The position numbers and the translations under genes are program-made. The notes beneath the pieces were generated by a model, which was not told the origin of the DNA, did no database searches, and worked only from the letters and a program-made list of their open reading frames with translations. From Candidatus Hydrogenedentota bacterium (GTDB lineage Bacteria > Hydrogenedentota > Hydrogenedentia > Hydrogenedentales > JAEUWI01): DNA of 64,000 nucleotides. Of this stretch, positions 37,975 through 47,647 are shown in pieces; within the stretch, counting starts at the first letter, position 1, and each line of letters opens with the position of its first letter. Where the stretch lies: NCBI GenBank assembly GCA_034669905.1, contig JAXMOL010000007.1, positions 1 to 64,000 on the forward strand. The letters are read 5' to 3'.

Positions 37975-40029
37975 CTACTCTACGTTGATGCGAACAATGG
38001 AGGGGGCCAGGTTCGCGGCAATCTCTTCGAGGGACATGGGAGTGTTGGGCGCGCCCGCCGCTTCGGAGAGTTGTACGACGCCACCCGCTTCCACGAGGGG
38101 TAGTATCACCGTGGCCTTCACGGCGAAGTTGATGCCCTGCGAGACCGTCTGGGAAACGTCCAGGGTCTTCTGGTCATTGAGTTTCTGAGATACGATTCCG
38201 ACCCAGCGGCCATATTGGTCCAACACCGGGCCACCCGAGCTCCCCGGGTTGACGGGGGCGGTGATCTGCATGTAGCGTTGCTCGCCATCCAGCCGCTGGA
38301 GGGCGGCGATGTTCCCACTACCCACGATGGGGTCGGCACTGTCTCGTATTCCGCCGAGGGGATAGCCGAGACAGTGAATGGTGGCCCCCACGTTGGGGTC
38401 ATCGGCTGCCACAGGAATCGGCGTGCCCGTAAGCCCGTCGACCCGGAGGAGTGCCCAGTCGTTGGCGGTATCCATTGTCACCACCGTTGCGGCATACGCT
38501 GTGCCCGCGGTCGAGGTGGCCCGCACGGTGTTGCCGCCCCGCACCACGTGGGCGCAGGTCAGTACGTACCCGTCCGCGACGAGGAATCCTGTGCCGACGC
38601 CCGGCCGTCTCCCACCCAGGGCGGGGGACTGGCCTTCCGGGGGCTTGTTCCAATCGGGGATAGCCTCTGCCAGCCGTTGTTCCGGTGGGAGCGCTTCGTC
38701 CAGCCGTTGAATTTCCTCGGCCCTGGCCTCATATTCCGGGTAGACCTTATTGACATGATCCACCAGGCGATAATATTCCTCCTCCCAACCGGCAAGTTCG
38801 CGCAGGGTTTCTTCCCGATTGAGGCTGTAGGTGATGAGGGCTTCTTCCACCTGCATGTCGGGACCGAGATCCTGGGACCATTGGTCATAGGCCGTGGTCA
38901 GCCGGTTGACCCGGTTGTCAGAAATCCCGATGAGCTCATAGCCCCGGTTGATCCGATAATAGAGGGATTCGACGAGCTTTATTTCTTCCCGGACCGCTTG
39001 CCACTGGGCATAGGCTTCCTGGCGTTGGGCCTGGCGTTGCGTCTCGCTCAGCTGCTGCCACTCCAGTCCCTTGATACGCCACCGTTCTTGCTCGAGGGCT
39101 TTTTCCCGGTCGCGGCGTTCTGTTTCCTGGGCCCGGTAGTGGGCCGCGATGCGCAGTTGCTTTTCCTTTTCACGCTGGGCATCAGCCTGTGCGATAGCGG
39201 CCTTGTTCTCGTGCCAGAGTGCCAGGAGGGCCTTTCTCTTTTCCGGATCGGCCGCGAGCGTGACGGTGGCCTTGGCCTTGAGCACGGATTCGACCCGACC
39301 CGTTTCCGGAACCCGGAGGAAATACTGGGACTCACTCTCGATGGCATAGACATCGTGATACACCACGCCGTCCGCGACGACCTGATCACCACGGCCCTGG
39401 AGGGCAGGGGGAATGGGCTTGAGCGCGGGGACGATGGTCCGTTCCAATTCGGCTTCGATGGCTTCCAGGGGCGGCTCTGTCGGTTCAAAGGGCCGGAGCA
39501 ATGCTTCGGCGATCGCAGCCTGCGTGGGCGGTGTTGCGACGCCGGCCTGGCCGGTCGTTCCGGAGGGGCCTTCGAGGGGAGGTGCGACGTCTGATTGGGC
39601 ATGCTGAGGAAGCATCGCTTTCTGCCACCAGACCACGCCGCCGCTGGCAACGGTGGCGAGGAAGACAAGGAGGAGGGCCGCCGTGTGCAGGCTGTTACGG
39701 GGGGCCGCAGGGGGCGTTGCAGGGGGGGCCGCCTTCGCACGGGCGGCGGGGGGCGCCGTTTGGGTGAAGGAGATGTCGTGGGCCGCCTCGGGATCGGTGG
39801 CTTTCCACAGGCGACGGACGAGTTCCATATACTCGTTCTTAAAGCGCTGGCGGGAATCGCCCTTGAGTTGCTTATAGCGATCGTGCAGCGCCTTCGCTTC
39901 CGGAAAGACTTCATCGGACAGGCGGTAATAGCGATTCCAGAGCCGATTTTGCTCAGCGGGATCGCGGGTCACCTGAATACAGGTTATGAGTGCCTTGGCC
40001 TCTGCAAGGGCCTGAGAATTCGGCTGCAT
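37975..40029 (-). CDS. Membrane-anchored trypsin-like (S1C) serine protease with a coiled-coil stalk (start uncertain)
   Basis: Single TM helix; C-terminal GTGFLV, LTCAHVV, DWALL, VNPGSSGGP catalytic triad. Confidence 0.85.
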   Translation of the reverse strand: MQPNSQALAEAKALITCIQVTRDPAEQNRLWNRYYRLSDEVFPEAKALHDRYKQLKGDSRQRFKNEYMELVRRLWKATDPEAAHDISFTQTAPPAARAKAAPPATPPAAPRNSLHTAALLLVFLATVASGGVVWWQKAMLPQHAQSDVAPPLEGPSGTTGQAGVATPPTQAAIAEALLRPFEPTEPPLEAIEAELERTIVPALKPIPPALQGRGDQVVADGVVYHDVYAIESESQYFLRVPETGRVESVLKAKATVTLAADPEKRKALLALWHENKAAIAQADAQREKEKQLRIAAHYRAQETERRDREKALEQERWRIKGLEWQQLSETQRQAQRQEAYAQWQAVREEIKLVESLYYRINRGYELIGISDNRVNRLTTAYDQWSQDLGPDMQVEEALITYSLNREETLRELAGWEEEYYRLVDHVNKVYPEYEARAEEIQRLDEALPPEQRLAEAIPDWNKPPEGQSPALGGRRPGVGTGFLVADGYVLTCAHVVRGGNTVRATSTAGTAYAATVVTMDTANDWALLRVDGLTGTPIPVAADDPNVGATIHCLGYPLGGIRDSADPIVGSGNIAALQRLDGEQRYMQITAPVNPGSSGGPVLDQYGRWVGIVSQKLNDQKTLDVSQTVSQGINFAVKATVILPLVEAGGVVQLSEAAGAPNTPMSLEEIAANLAPSIVRINVE

Positions 40030-40114
40030 AAATACGGTATTTCCCTGAAAAAAGTCATTGCCCTCATCTACATAGTGCATCGCTTTTATGGGCTATGTCA
40101 ACGGGTGGTGGCCC

Positions 40115-41080
40115 CTACACGGGCACGGCTACCTCGTTCAGTATATCGTCGATTATGCCCTGCTTGGTCGAGCCGTCGTACTTGGACTTGGACGTGAGGA
40201 CCAGGCGGTGGGGTAAGACGTGGCGGGCCATGCGCTGGATGTCATCGGGGAGGACGACATCCCGTCCTGCGACCAGTGCGGCGGCCTTGGCCGCCTGGAA
40301 GAGCATCAGGGAGCCGCGAGGGCTAACGCCGAGCGTAAGGCGTACATCGTCCCGCGTGCGCTTGACCAGCGCGATAAGATAGTGGGCCAGGTCACGGCTC
40401 ATATCGATCGCGCGCACCTGCTGCTGAATGGCCAGCACCTCTTCCCCCGTCATGGCTTCTTTCAGCGATTCCAGGGGGTGTCGGTCGGCCTGGGCGTAGA
40501 GCATTTCCATCTCGGCGTCATCGCCGGGGTAACCCAGGCTGAGCTGCACGAGAAAGCGGTCGAGCTGGGCTTCGGGTAGGGGATACGTGCCATGGTATTC
40601 AACGGGGTTTTCGGTGGCGATGACGATAAACGGGGCGGCCAGAATATGGCTTTGCCCTTCTATGGTGACCTGCTGCTCGCTCATCGCCTCCAGGAGTGCC
40701 GACTGGGTCCGGGGGGAAGCCCGGTTTATCTCATCGGCGAGGAGCACATTGCAAAAGACCGGGCCAGGGCGAAAGTTAAAGTTGCCATCGACCGGGTTGT
40801 AGATGGACGAACCGAGAATGTCGGCGGGGAGGAGGTCGGGGGTGAACTGAATGCGGTTGTACTCCGCACCCATGGAGCTTGCCAGCGCCTTGGCCATCGT
40901 GGTTTTGCCCACGCCGGGCACATCCTCCATCAGGATAGAGCCCCCGGCGATCACCGCCGTGATCAGCAGCTCGATGACATCCTCCTTCCCCTGAATTACC
41001 TGCGCCAGATTCTGGCGCAGGGCTTCGATGCGTTGTTGTGCGACGTCGGGCGAAATCAGATTGCTGTTGGATGCTTCCAT
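40115..41080 (-). CDS. MoxR family AAA+ ATPase
   Basis: EDVPGVGKT, RIQFTPDLLPADI, LLADEINRASPRTQSALLEAM, YPLPEAQLDRF. Confidence 0.95.
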   Translation of the reverse strand: MEASNSNLISPDVAQQRIEALRQNLAQVIQGKEDVIELLITAVIAGGSILMEDVPGVGKTTMAKALASSMGAEYNRIQFTPDLLPADILGSSIYNPVDGNFNFRPGPVFCNVLLADEINRASPRTQSALLEAMSEQQVTIEGQSHILAAPFIVIATENPVEYHGTYPLPEAQLDRFLVQLSLGYPGDDAEMEMLYAQADRHPLESLKEAMTGEEVLAIQQQVRAIDMSRDLAHYLIALVKRTRDDVRLTLGVSPRGSLMLFQAAKAAALVAGRDVVLPDDIQRMARHVLPHRLVLTSKSKYDGSTKQGIIDDILNEVAVPV

Positions 41081-41275
41081 GGACTTCTCCGCTGCTCCTG
41101 ATCATGGGACCGGCATAGTGCCGATCACGTCGCCCCATTGTAGCAAATCCATCGGGAAAGGGGGATTGAGGCCCAAGGGTCCCCCCACCCTCCCCGAAGG
41201 GCCATCCCTCGAAGTGGACGATACGAAAAAAAACGCCGCAATCGAATACGATTGCGGCGGGGAGAACAGAGCAAT

Positions 41276-43513
41276 TCAGCCCTTCCGGATGAGTACCCGG
41301 TCACCAATCTGGAGCACGTGGTTCTTGGGCCACTTGTTCCACTTGAAGAGGTCGCTGATTTTGACGCCATAGCGTCGCGCGATGGTCGTGGGGTTCTGAC
41401 CCCGTGCCACCGTGTGGGTCAGCTCTTTGGAAGCTTCTGCCTCGCTGGAGGCCGCACTGCCGCTGGCACCCGTCACCTTATAGGTTTTTCCAGCACGGAG
41501 GACCGAGCGGCTGGTGAGCCCGTTGAGCGAAAGAAACTCGCGGGTGGTCATGCCATACTTCTGGGCAATGACGCTGGCACTCTCTCCCTTGCGCACCTTA
41601 TGCTCACCCGTGCTTGTCGTGTTGGAGGCCACCCGGGTTACGGGCGAGGCCGCCGGGGGGACGTCGGGCGGCAGGATGGCATCGGTCGTCGGCTCGTCCG
41701 AAGCAGACTGTGCGGCGGCGGCGGCCACGATGAGCTTGTCGCCCACCTTGATCGTGGAGCGGGCACCGAGATTGTTCCAGGAGAGGAAATCGCGTACCGG
41801 GATGCCATAGTCACGGGCGATCTTCGCGGGGTATTCTCCCGCACGGACCGTGTGATAGGTGGCACCGCTCTTTGCTGCGGGTGCCGCTGCGGCCGCAGGT
41901 GCCGCCGTCGTGATGGTCCGCTCACCCACATGGAGGGTTTCTCCCACCTTCAGGCGAGAGCGCCGGCCCTTGTTGTTCCACTTCTGCAAATCGGACACCG
42001 AGACCCGGTGGGCCTGGGCGATGTCGTACAGTGTGTCGCCCGGCTTGACCTTATACGTAACTTTTTCGGTTCGGGACGTGCCCTCGGAACGGGAGGCGGT
42101 CTGGGTCGAAGCCGTCTCGCCGCCGCCCTGACCTGTGCCCCGATAGCCGGGAATCTTCAGGGTCTGTCCGGCACGCAGTTTCCGCGCCGAGCTGATGCCA
42201 TTGTGCCGCATGATTTCACTTGCGGAAACGCCATACTTGGTCGCAATCTGGGAGACGGTCTCGCCTCGTCGTACCTTGTGGGAGCCCGCCGCATTCTTCA
42301 TCTTGGGAGTGCTGCGCAAGACGCTGGCGAAGCGGGCCTTGTCCTGGGAGGGCACCAGGATATTAAAGGTGCCCGAGGGGGGCGTGGTTTCATTCAGCAG
42401 GGCCGGATTGATTCGGGCCAGGGTGCCTTCGGGGTAGCCCAGGGCGCGATCGAGGTCGCTGAGGGCATAGAGTCCGGACACGGGCACATGAGACACATCT
42501 TCAGGCGGCTGGGGGTTGATCTTGAATCCGTAGCGCTCCGGGGAGCGGGCAACAATGAGGGTGGCGATAAACTTGGGGAAGTAGCGCTTGGTTTCGAGGC
42601 GAATGCGGTAGGACGCGGGCGGGGTCTCGAAAAGGCTGAAGAGATCGCTGTCGCCTCCATTGGATGCGATGGCCCGGGCAAGGCCACCTTCGCCCATGTT
42701 GTACGCCGTAATCGCCAACGGCCAGCTGCCGTTGAATTCCCGATTCAACACGGTCAGGTATTCGATGGCGGCACGGGTCGAGTGGATCCAGTCATAGCGT
42801 TCATCCACGTGGGAGTCCACACGGAGATTGAAGCGGCGGGCCGTGGGGCGCATGAATTGCCACATGCCACCTGCGCCGGCGCGCGATACGATTTTGGGTT
42901 GGAAGCCACTTTCCACCAGCGCGAGATAGGCCATTTCTTCCGGGAGTCCTGCCTCGCGGAGTTGTTGCGTGATGTAGGGGAGATACTTCTGGCTCCGATC
43001 CAGAAAGGTCTGGAAATTCTTCGGGTAGCTGTTCTGGATACGGTCGATTTCGGCCAGCACCTGTTCCGGAAGGGGGAAGGGGATGCTGAAATCCTGCAGG
43101 TTGCCCGAGGCATATTCGCTGCTGTCCAGCGGGCTGTAATGACGGGGCTGATACAGGGCCGCCTGTTGGGTCGACTTGTTGAGAATGGCGCCGAACTCCG
43201 TTCGCAGGGAATAGAACACCTTCGGGTCCAGATCGGCTTCCGTCAGCAGCTCCAGCATCAGCACATACTGACGCAAGGCCGCTTCTTCGTCGCCATCTTC
43301 CTGGGCCTTGTTGGCGGCCTGAAAAGCCACATCGGCATCTCGCAGCAGGTCGGTTACCGAACGGGGTGCCACGGCTTCGAGCGTCTGGCTGCCCACCGCA
43401 ATCGGCGGTACCGGGTCAAACTGCTCTACTCCTCGTGCCGACTCACCGGTCGTCGCGCAGCCGCTCACCCAAAGGGTGGCAAGGCATAGCGCAAGAATCG
43501 CGTAGTTCTTCAT
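41276..43513 (-). CDS. MltD-like lytic transglycosylase lipoprotein with about five LysM domains
   Basis: Lipobox VSGC, LVESGF, GMWQFM, AYNMGEG, ETKRY; repeated HKVRRGET/YKVKPGDT LysM starts. Confidence 0.92.
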   Translation of the reverse strand: MKNYAILALCLATLWVSGCATTGESARGVEQFDPVPPIAVGSQTLEAVAPRSVTDLLRDADVAFQAANKAQEDGDEEAALRQYVLMLELLTEADLDPKVFYSLRTEFGAILNKSTQQAALYQPRHYSPLDSSEYASGNLQDFSIPFPLPEQVLAEIDRIQNSYPKNFQTFLDRSQKYLPYITQQLREAGLPEEMAYLALVESGFQPKIVSRAGAGGMWQFMRPTARRFNLRVDSHVDERYDWIHSTRAAIEYLTVLNREFNGSWPLAITAYNMGEGGLARAIASNGGDSDLFSLFETPPASYRIRLETKRYFPKFIATLIVARSPERYGFKINPQPPEDVSHVPVSGLYALSDLDRALGYPEGTLARINPALLNETTPPSGTFNILVPSQDKARFASVLRSTPKMKNAAGSHKVRRGETVSQIATKYGVSASEIMRHNGISSARKLRAGQTLKIPGYRGTGQGGGETASTQTASRSEGTSRTEKVTYKVKPGDTLYDIAQAHRVSVSDLQKWNNKGRRSRLKVGETLHVGERTITTAAPAAAAAPAAKSGATYHTVRAGEYPAKIARDYGIPVRDFLSWNNLGARSTIKVGDKLIVAAAAAQSASDEPTTDAILPPDVPPAASPVTRVASNTTSTGEHKVRKGESASVIAQKYGMTTREFLSLNGLTSRSVLRAGKTYKVTGASGSAASSEAEASKELTHTVARGQNPTTIARRYGVKISDLFKWNKWPKNHVLQIGDRVLIRKG

Positions 43514-43795
43514 GAATGCGTTAACGCTCCTAAGTTTTCTGTTGTCCCATGGGTGCCCCAAGGTGGGCACATCGCGTTCTGCCACCATCGATCGAACCTG
43601 TAAAATGGTTAACGTAACATTTAATCGATGGCGGGGTATTGTATAGGAACTAATGTATCGCGTGCGACATCAAGTCGATCGTCACGCCCTTATCTGCTTG
43701 TGCACGACATCTCGCTATGGTGTCGTGTAAGGCAATCGGACCACGGGGTTCCCAAGATGAACAAACCGGACCAGGGGCCTGTTGTGGTTTTTGCT

Positions 43796-43824
43796 AGTGT
43801 AGTCTACATCTTGGGGGGTGTCAA
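43796..43824 (-). promoter_or_regulatory. Putative sigma70 promoter of the MltD-LysM gene
   Basis: Minus strand TTGACA-17 bp-TACACT. Confidence 0.55.
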
Positions 43825-43881
43825 GTAACTTACACCCTATATTGTAGTGTTTTTCGCAGTTTCACCGGCAAAAAAAGACGC

Positions 43882-44970
43882 TTAATGGCAGATTCGGCGA
43901 AATGCCAGCATGCCGCCCGCCAGAAAGACGGCGTTGGAGAGCCAGGCGGCTATGAGGGGGGGCAGTAACCCGATATTCCCCAGTCCCAGTGCTATGACGT
44001 AAAGGGTAACATAGGCGAGCCCCAAGGCGATACTTAGTCCGAAGCTCAGGAAGATCCCCCCCCGCCGTACGCGCAGGGCAAAGGGGATGGCCAGCCACAC
44101 GATGACGAAGCAGAGGGCGGGCCGTGAAAATTTGGTATGAAAGTCGACCCAGGCCCGGGTGGTAGGCACCCCCATGGCCTCGGCAAACTGGAGATCGGCA
44201 TAGAGCGCCCCGGCGGTCTTGCTGTCCGAGGATTCTTCCAGGGCAAAGAGCAATTCCGGCGATTCACTAAAGGGCGCGGGAGTCTGGGTGATCCGGGCCA
44301 CTTCCTTGATGCTGGGTTCTCGCTGGATGGTAGCCCAGCGACCATCCTCCAGAATCCACAGGGCGCGTTCCGGATCCCAATAGATACGGTCGGCTCGGAT
44401 TTCCTGCATGCCGCCTTCGTGAAAGGCGTGTATAAAGACATCGGTCCCGGTGAGGGCCTGCCGATTGAACTGGAGTATGTGGCACGACCAGCCCGCATCG
44501 CCCAATTGGGTCCAGCTCGGCCCGTGGCCTTCATGGGGCATCGCCCGGCTGAAGTATTCTTCGTCGATCTGCTGGGCGGTGGCGGCCACACGGACCCCCA
44601 CGGAGTTCTCAAAGGTGAATATCCCCAGGCTAAGCAGGAGGCCGAGCACAATCGGGGCGCGGGCGATCCGTCCCATGCTTACTCCCCCCGCCAGGAGGGC
44701 CGTGATTTCCGTGTCTTGCGCCGCACGGCCCATGACAAACAAGGTGGCGACGAGAAGGCCCAGGGCCACGGTCTGAAATTTCAGCACAAAGGTGGGCACA
44801 TGGCACAGGTAGTACTGGCCCACAATGGACCATGGCACATCATATTTGTCGATGACGCGCTGGCGGGTAATTAAGAGGTCCACGAGGACGTAGAGAAAGA
44901 CAAAAACGAGTACGGTCTTGAGGAGCGTCGCCAGGATGCGCGCACCGAAGTAGCGGTCCATCCGGGTCAT
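43882..44970 (-). CDS. lptG: LPS export permease (LptG-like)
   Basis: MDRY start, EITALLAGGVS, PPLIAAWLSN; follows an LptF-like gene with an ATGA overlap. Confidence 0.85.
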   Translation of the reverse strand: MTRMDRYFGARILATLLKTVLVFVFLYVLVDLLITRQRVIDKYDVPWSIVGQYYLCHVPTFVLKFQTVALGLLVATLFVMGRAAQDTEITALLAGGVSMGRIARAPIVLGLLLSLGIFTFENSVGVRVAATAQQIDEEYFSRAMPHEGHGPSWTQLGDAGWSCHILQFNRQALTGTDVFIHAFHEGGMQEIRADRIYWDPERALWILEDGRWATIQREPSIKEVARITQTPAPFSESPELLFALEESSDSKTAGALYADLQFAEAMGVPTTRAWVDFHTKFSRPALCFVIVWLAIPFALRVRRGGIFLSFGLSIALGLAYVTLYVIALGLGNIGLLPPLIAAWLSNAVFLAGGMLAFRRICH

Positions 44971-46073
44971 ACGCGATCCACCCGCCAGGTGAAGAGGAGT
45001 CCGGTGGCCACCAGCGCCAGATTGGGGATCTGGGTCACCAGGATGGCCATGCCCAACGAATCGGGGACCAGGAAGCGGAGCGCGGAGCGTAGTACGAAAT
45101 AGGCGGCGATAATCGCGACCCCGCTTGCAAAGGTGTAGGAGCGACCCGAGCGGCGTGCCCGGGCGCCAACGGGTGCCGCCACGATACTGACGGCCAGGCA
45201 CATGAGGGGGAAGGCCAGGCGCTCCCCGATTTCACGGCGGATTTTGACCAATTCGATTTGGGTCTTATGATTTCCTGTCTCATCGGCCTCGCGGCGCGTT
45301 ACCTTTTCTGCAGCCCAAAGACGGGAGAGGCTCCAGCCCGAGCGTTCCGATTCGGACTCCAGGGGAGCGAGCTGGGGCAGGGTCTTGGTGGCCTTTTGGG
45401 TGTAGTTGGTGTAGGTGGTCTGGCCTGAGCCGACGATCTGAACGTCGGTCATGCGGATCCGGGGCACGCCGTTTTCGCTGAACTGCTCGGCGGTCTTGGC
45501 GTAGTAGGCCGTGACGTCGTCCCCTTCGGTCGTCAACACGATGATATTGTGCAAGACCTTGTCGCTGTCTCGCCGTTCGATATAGACCCGCCAGTCGCCA
45601 AATTCATGCATGACCCCGGTGGGGAAGACGTCGAAGGTGATACGGTGGGGCATATCGCTGGTAAGAAGTTGGTTAAGTCGTTGATAGGCCACGGGTTGTA
45701 TGCGGTCAATGACGAGGAAGCACAGGAGGCTCAGGGCGGCACCGGCGAGCATGACGGGAAGGATCATCCGTCGCAGGGGGATGCCTGCGGCCTTGGCGGC
45801 GATTAACTCACTGGTCTGGGCCATGCGCCCGAAGGTGAGCATGATACCCAGCAGAAAGGTAATCGGGAAGATAAATCCCGCCAGACTGGGCAGGGTATAG
45901 AGGGAAATGAGCGAAATATCGACCATGGTAATCTGGGCGATGGGAAGGGCTTCCATCAGCTTCCCCAATTCCTGCCCAATGGTGCCGAGCAGGATGACAA
46001 AACTGATCACGACCGAGGCCAGGAGGGCCGGGATCCAGATCTGTTTCAGGGTGTATCGCGTCAGAATGGTCAA
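44967..46073 (-). CDS. lptF: LPS export permease (LptF-like)
   Basis: ILTRY, FGRMAQTSELIAAKAAGI, RLAFPLMCL; 3+3 TM layout. Confidence 0.85.
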   Translation of the reverse strand: MTILTRYTLKQIWIPALLASVVISFVILLGTIGQELGKLMEALPIAQITMVDISLISLYTLPSLAGFIFPITFLLGIMLTFGRMAQTSELIAAKAAGIPLRRMILPVMLAGAALSLLCFLVIDRIQPVAYQRLNQLLTSDMPHRITFDVFPTGVMHEFGDWRVYIERRDSDKVLHNIIVLTTEGDDVTAYYAKTAEQFSENGVPRIRMTDVQIVGSGQTTYTNYTQKATKTLPQLAPLESESERSGWSLSRLWAAEKVTRREADETGNHKTQIELVKIRREIGERLAFPLMCLAVSIVAAPVGARARRSGRSYTFASGVAIIAAYFVLRSALRFLVPDSLGMAILVTQIPNLALVATGLLFTWRVDRV

Positions 46074-46173
46074 AATCGTGGGGGTCTTTCCGAAGGTGAA
46101 GGGGGATTATAGCAAGTGCCGCCCCCTGCGCCCAATTCAGATGCCCGGAGGCGCGGGCCCGGGGCCGCCCCCC

Positions 46174-46200
46174 TAAAGGTACCGGGGGGGATGCCGATAA
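46174..46200 (+). promoter_or_regulatory. sigma28 (FliA/SigD) promoter
   Basis: TAAA (46174-46177)-15 bp-GCCGATAA (46193-46200), exact consensus. Confidence 0.85.
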
Positions 46201-46253
46201 GGATCGTGCGACGGATTTTAACATGACTCCAGCACATGGAGGAGGCCTTCATC

Positions 46254-47579
46254 ATGGGTACATCGGCCCTTTCTTCTCTGGCGAGCTATTACTCGCCTGC
46301 CCCATCTTCCCAGCCGGAATTTCCAGGGGGCGGCGCAAACCGCGCGCTTCGCACACACGCACCTTCCCCCCAACAGGCGCCGTCGGCCCGTGCCTTGCCC
46401 AATCAGGCACTGACCACTACCGATGCCTATGAAGGCGCGGTTTACCGCACCCTGGAGACCCGGCAATCATCTTCCCTCCAGTTTTCCACCTATAGTGCCC
46501 AGCTCGGAAGCGGGGAAAAGGGGGAGGGGGCCGCCGAACTGGCGTCGTCCCAGCTCACCTTCGATTTTTTTCAGGAGTCCCGTTATGAGGAGGTTTCCTT
46601 CTTTCAGCGGCGGACGGATGCTGTGGGCGCGGGGCGTGGAGCGGGGAGCCGCGAATCCTTTTTTGCGGCCCGCGAAGAAATCACCACCCGCTTCCAGCTT
46701 TCCCTGAATATTTCCGGGGCGGCCCTCAGTGGTTTTGCCTCCACGGCGGAAGGGGCGGCGGATTCGGATGCGCTGTTGGACCGCTTGACGGAGATTACAG
46801 AGAAACTGCTGGGCCAGGCCGAAGAACTGTTCAACGAGTTTTTCTCCCAGCTTGACGGCGGCAGTGGAGCATTTAATGCGGTCTCGCTGGAAGATGCCTT
46901 TAACGAGTTTCTCAGCGGACTATATGATTCGTTGGATAGCGAAATTGTTCCTTTTCTACCGCCGCCGGGTGGTGTGCCAGCAGAAGGTGGCACGGGTGGG
47001 CTGGGTGCGAAGAGCACTCAGTTGGAATTCTCCTTTAGTTTCTCGGCTTCCATCACGCGGACCGAAACCGTGGTACAGCAGGGCGATCCCATTGTGCTGG
47101 ATTTGGACGGGGACGGCGTGGAGCTCAGCACCTATCAGGAAGGGGCTCGCTTTGATTTGATCGGCAGTGGTCGCGCCCAGCAGGTGGCCTTCGTTCAAGG
47201 AGGAGATGCCTTTCTCGCGCTGGACCGAAACGGCGACGGATTGATCAACAGCGGTAAGGAACTCTTTGGGGAGCAGCATGGCGCGCGGAATGGCTTCGAA
47301 GAATTGCGTCGCTTCGATAAGAATGGCGACGGCGTGATCGACCGCAATGACGCGATCTATGATTCGCTCAAGCTCTTCGTGGACAATGGCAACGGTATCA
47401 CCGAAGCGGGCGAACTAATCGGTCTGGCGGAAGGTGGTGTTTCCGAGATTGACCTTGGGTACCGCGACGTGGACGAGCGGGCGGCCGGTGGCAATCGCAT
47501 CGCCCAGATCGCATCCTTCTTGCGCAGTGATGGCAGCCGGGGTGTGGCTGCCGATGCCTTGTTGAACTACATCGCGTAG
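46254..47579 (+). CDS. Hypothetical protein with a C-terminal DxDGDG-type Ca-binding domain and no signal peptide
   Basis: GGAGG RBS 8 nt before ATG 46254; DPIVLDLDGDGVEL, LALDRNGDGLINSGKELFG, FDKNGDGVIDRND, DNGNGITEAGEL. Confidence 0.8.
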   Translation: MGTSALSSLASYYSPAPSSQPEFPGGGANRALRTHAPSPQQAPSARALPNQALTTTDAYEGAVYRTLETRQSSSLQFSTYSAQLGSGEKGEGAAELASSQLTFDFFQESRYEEVSFFQRRTDAVGAGRGAGSRESFFAAREEITTRFQLSLNISGAALSGFASTAEGAADSDALLDRLTEITEKLLGQAEELFNEFFSQLDGGSGAFNAVSLEDAFNEFLSGLYDSLDSEIVPFLPPPGGVPAEGGTGGLGAKSTQLEFSFSFSASITRTETVVQQGDPIVLDLDGDGVELSTYQEGARFDLIGSGRAQQVAFVQGGDAFLALDRNGDGLINSGKELFGEQHGARNGFEELRRFDKNGDGVIDRNDAIYDSLKLFVDNGNGITEAGELIGLAEGGVSEIDLGYRDVDERAAGGNRIAQIASFLRSDGSRGVAADALLNYIA

Positions 47580-47647
47580 GACGCCGGTATAGGAAAACGG
47601 GACCGACGTCAAGCGTCGGCCCCGTGTGCCTTTTCTGTCGATGTGCT

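Noticed and set aside
41252..43489. Long antisense ORFs (also 4949-6457, 47624-49267, 58289-60553)
   Set aside because: Shadow frames of well-supported genes, expected from high-GC codon bias.
43514..43790. c-di-AMP (ydaO) riboswitch before the LysM hydrolase
   Set aside because: The characteristic conserved motifs were not recognisable; retained only as an unexplained long leader.
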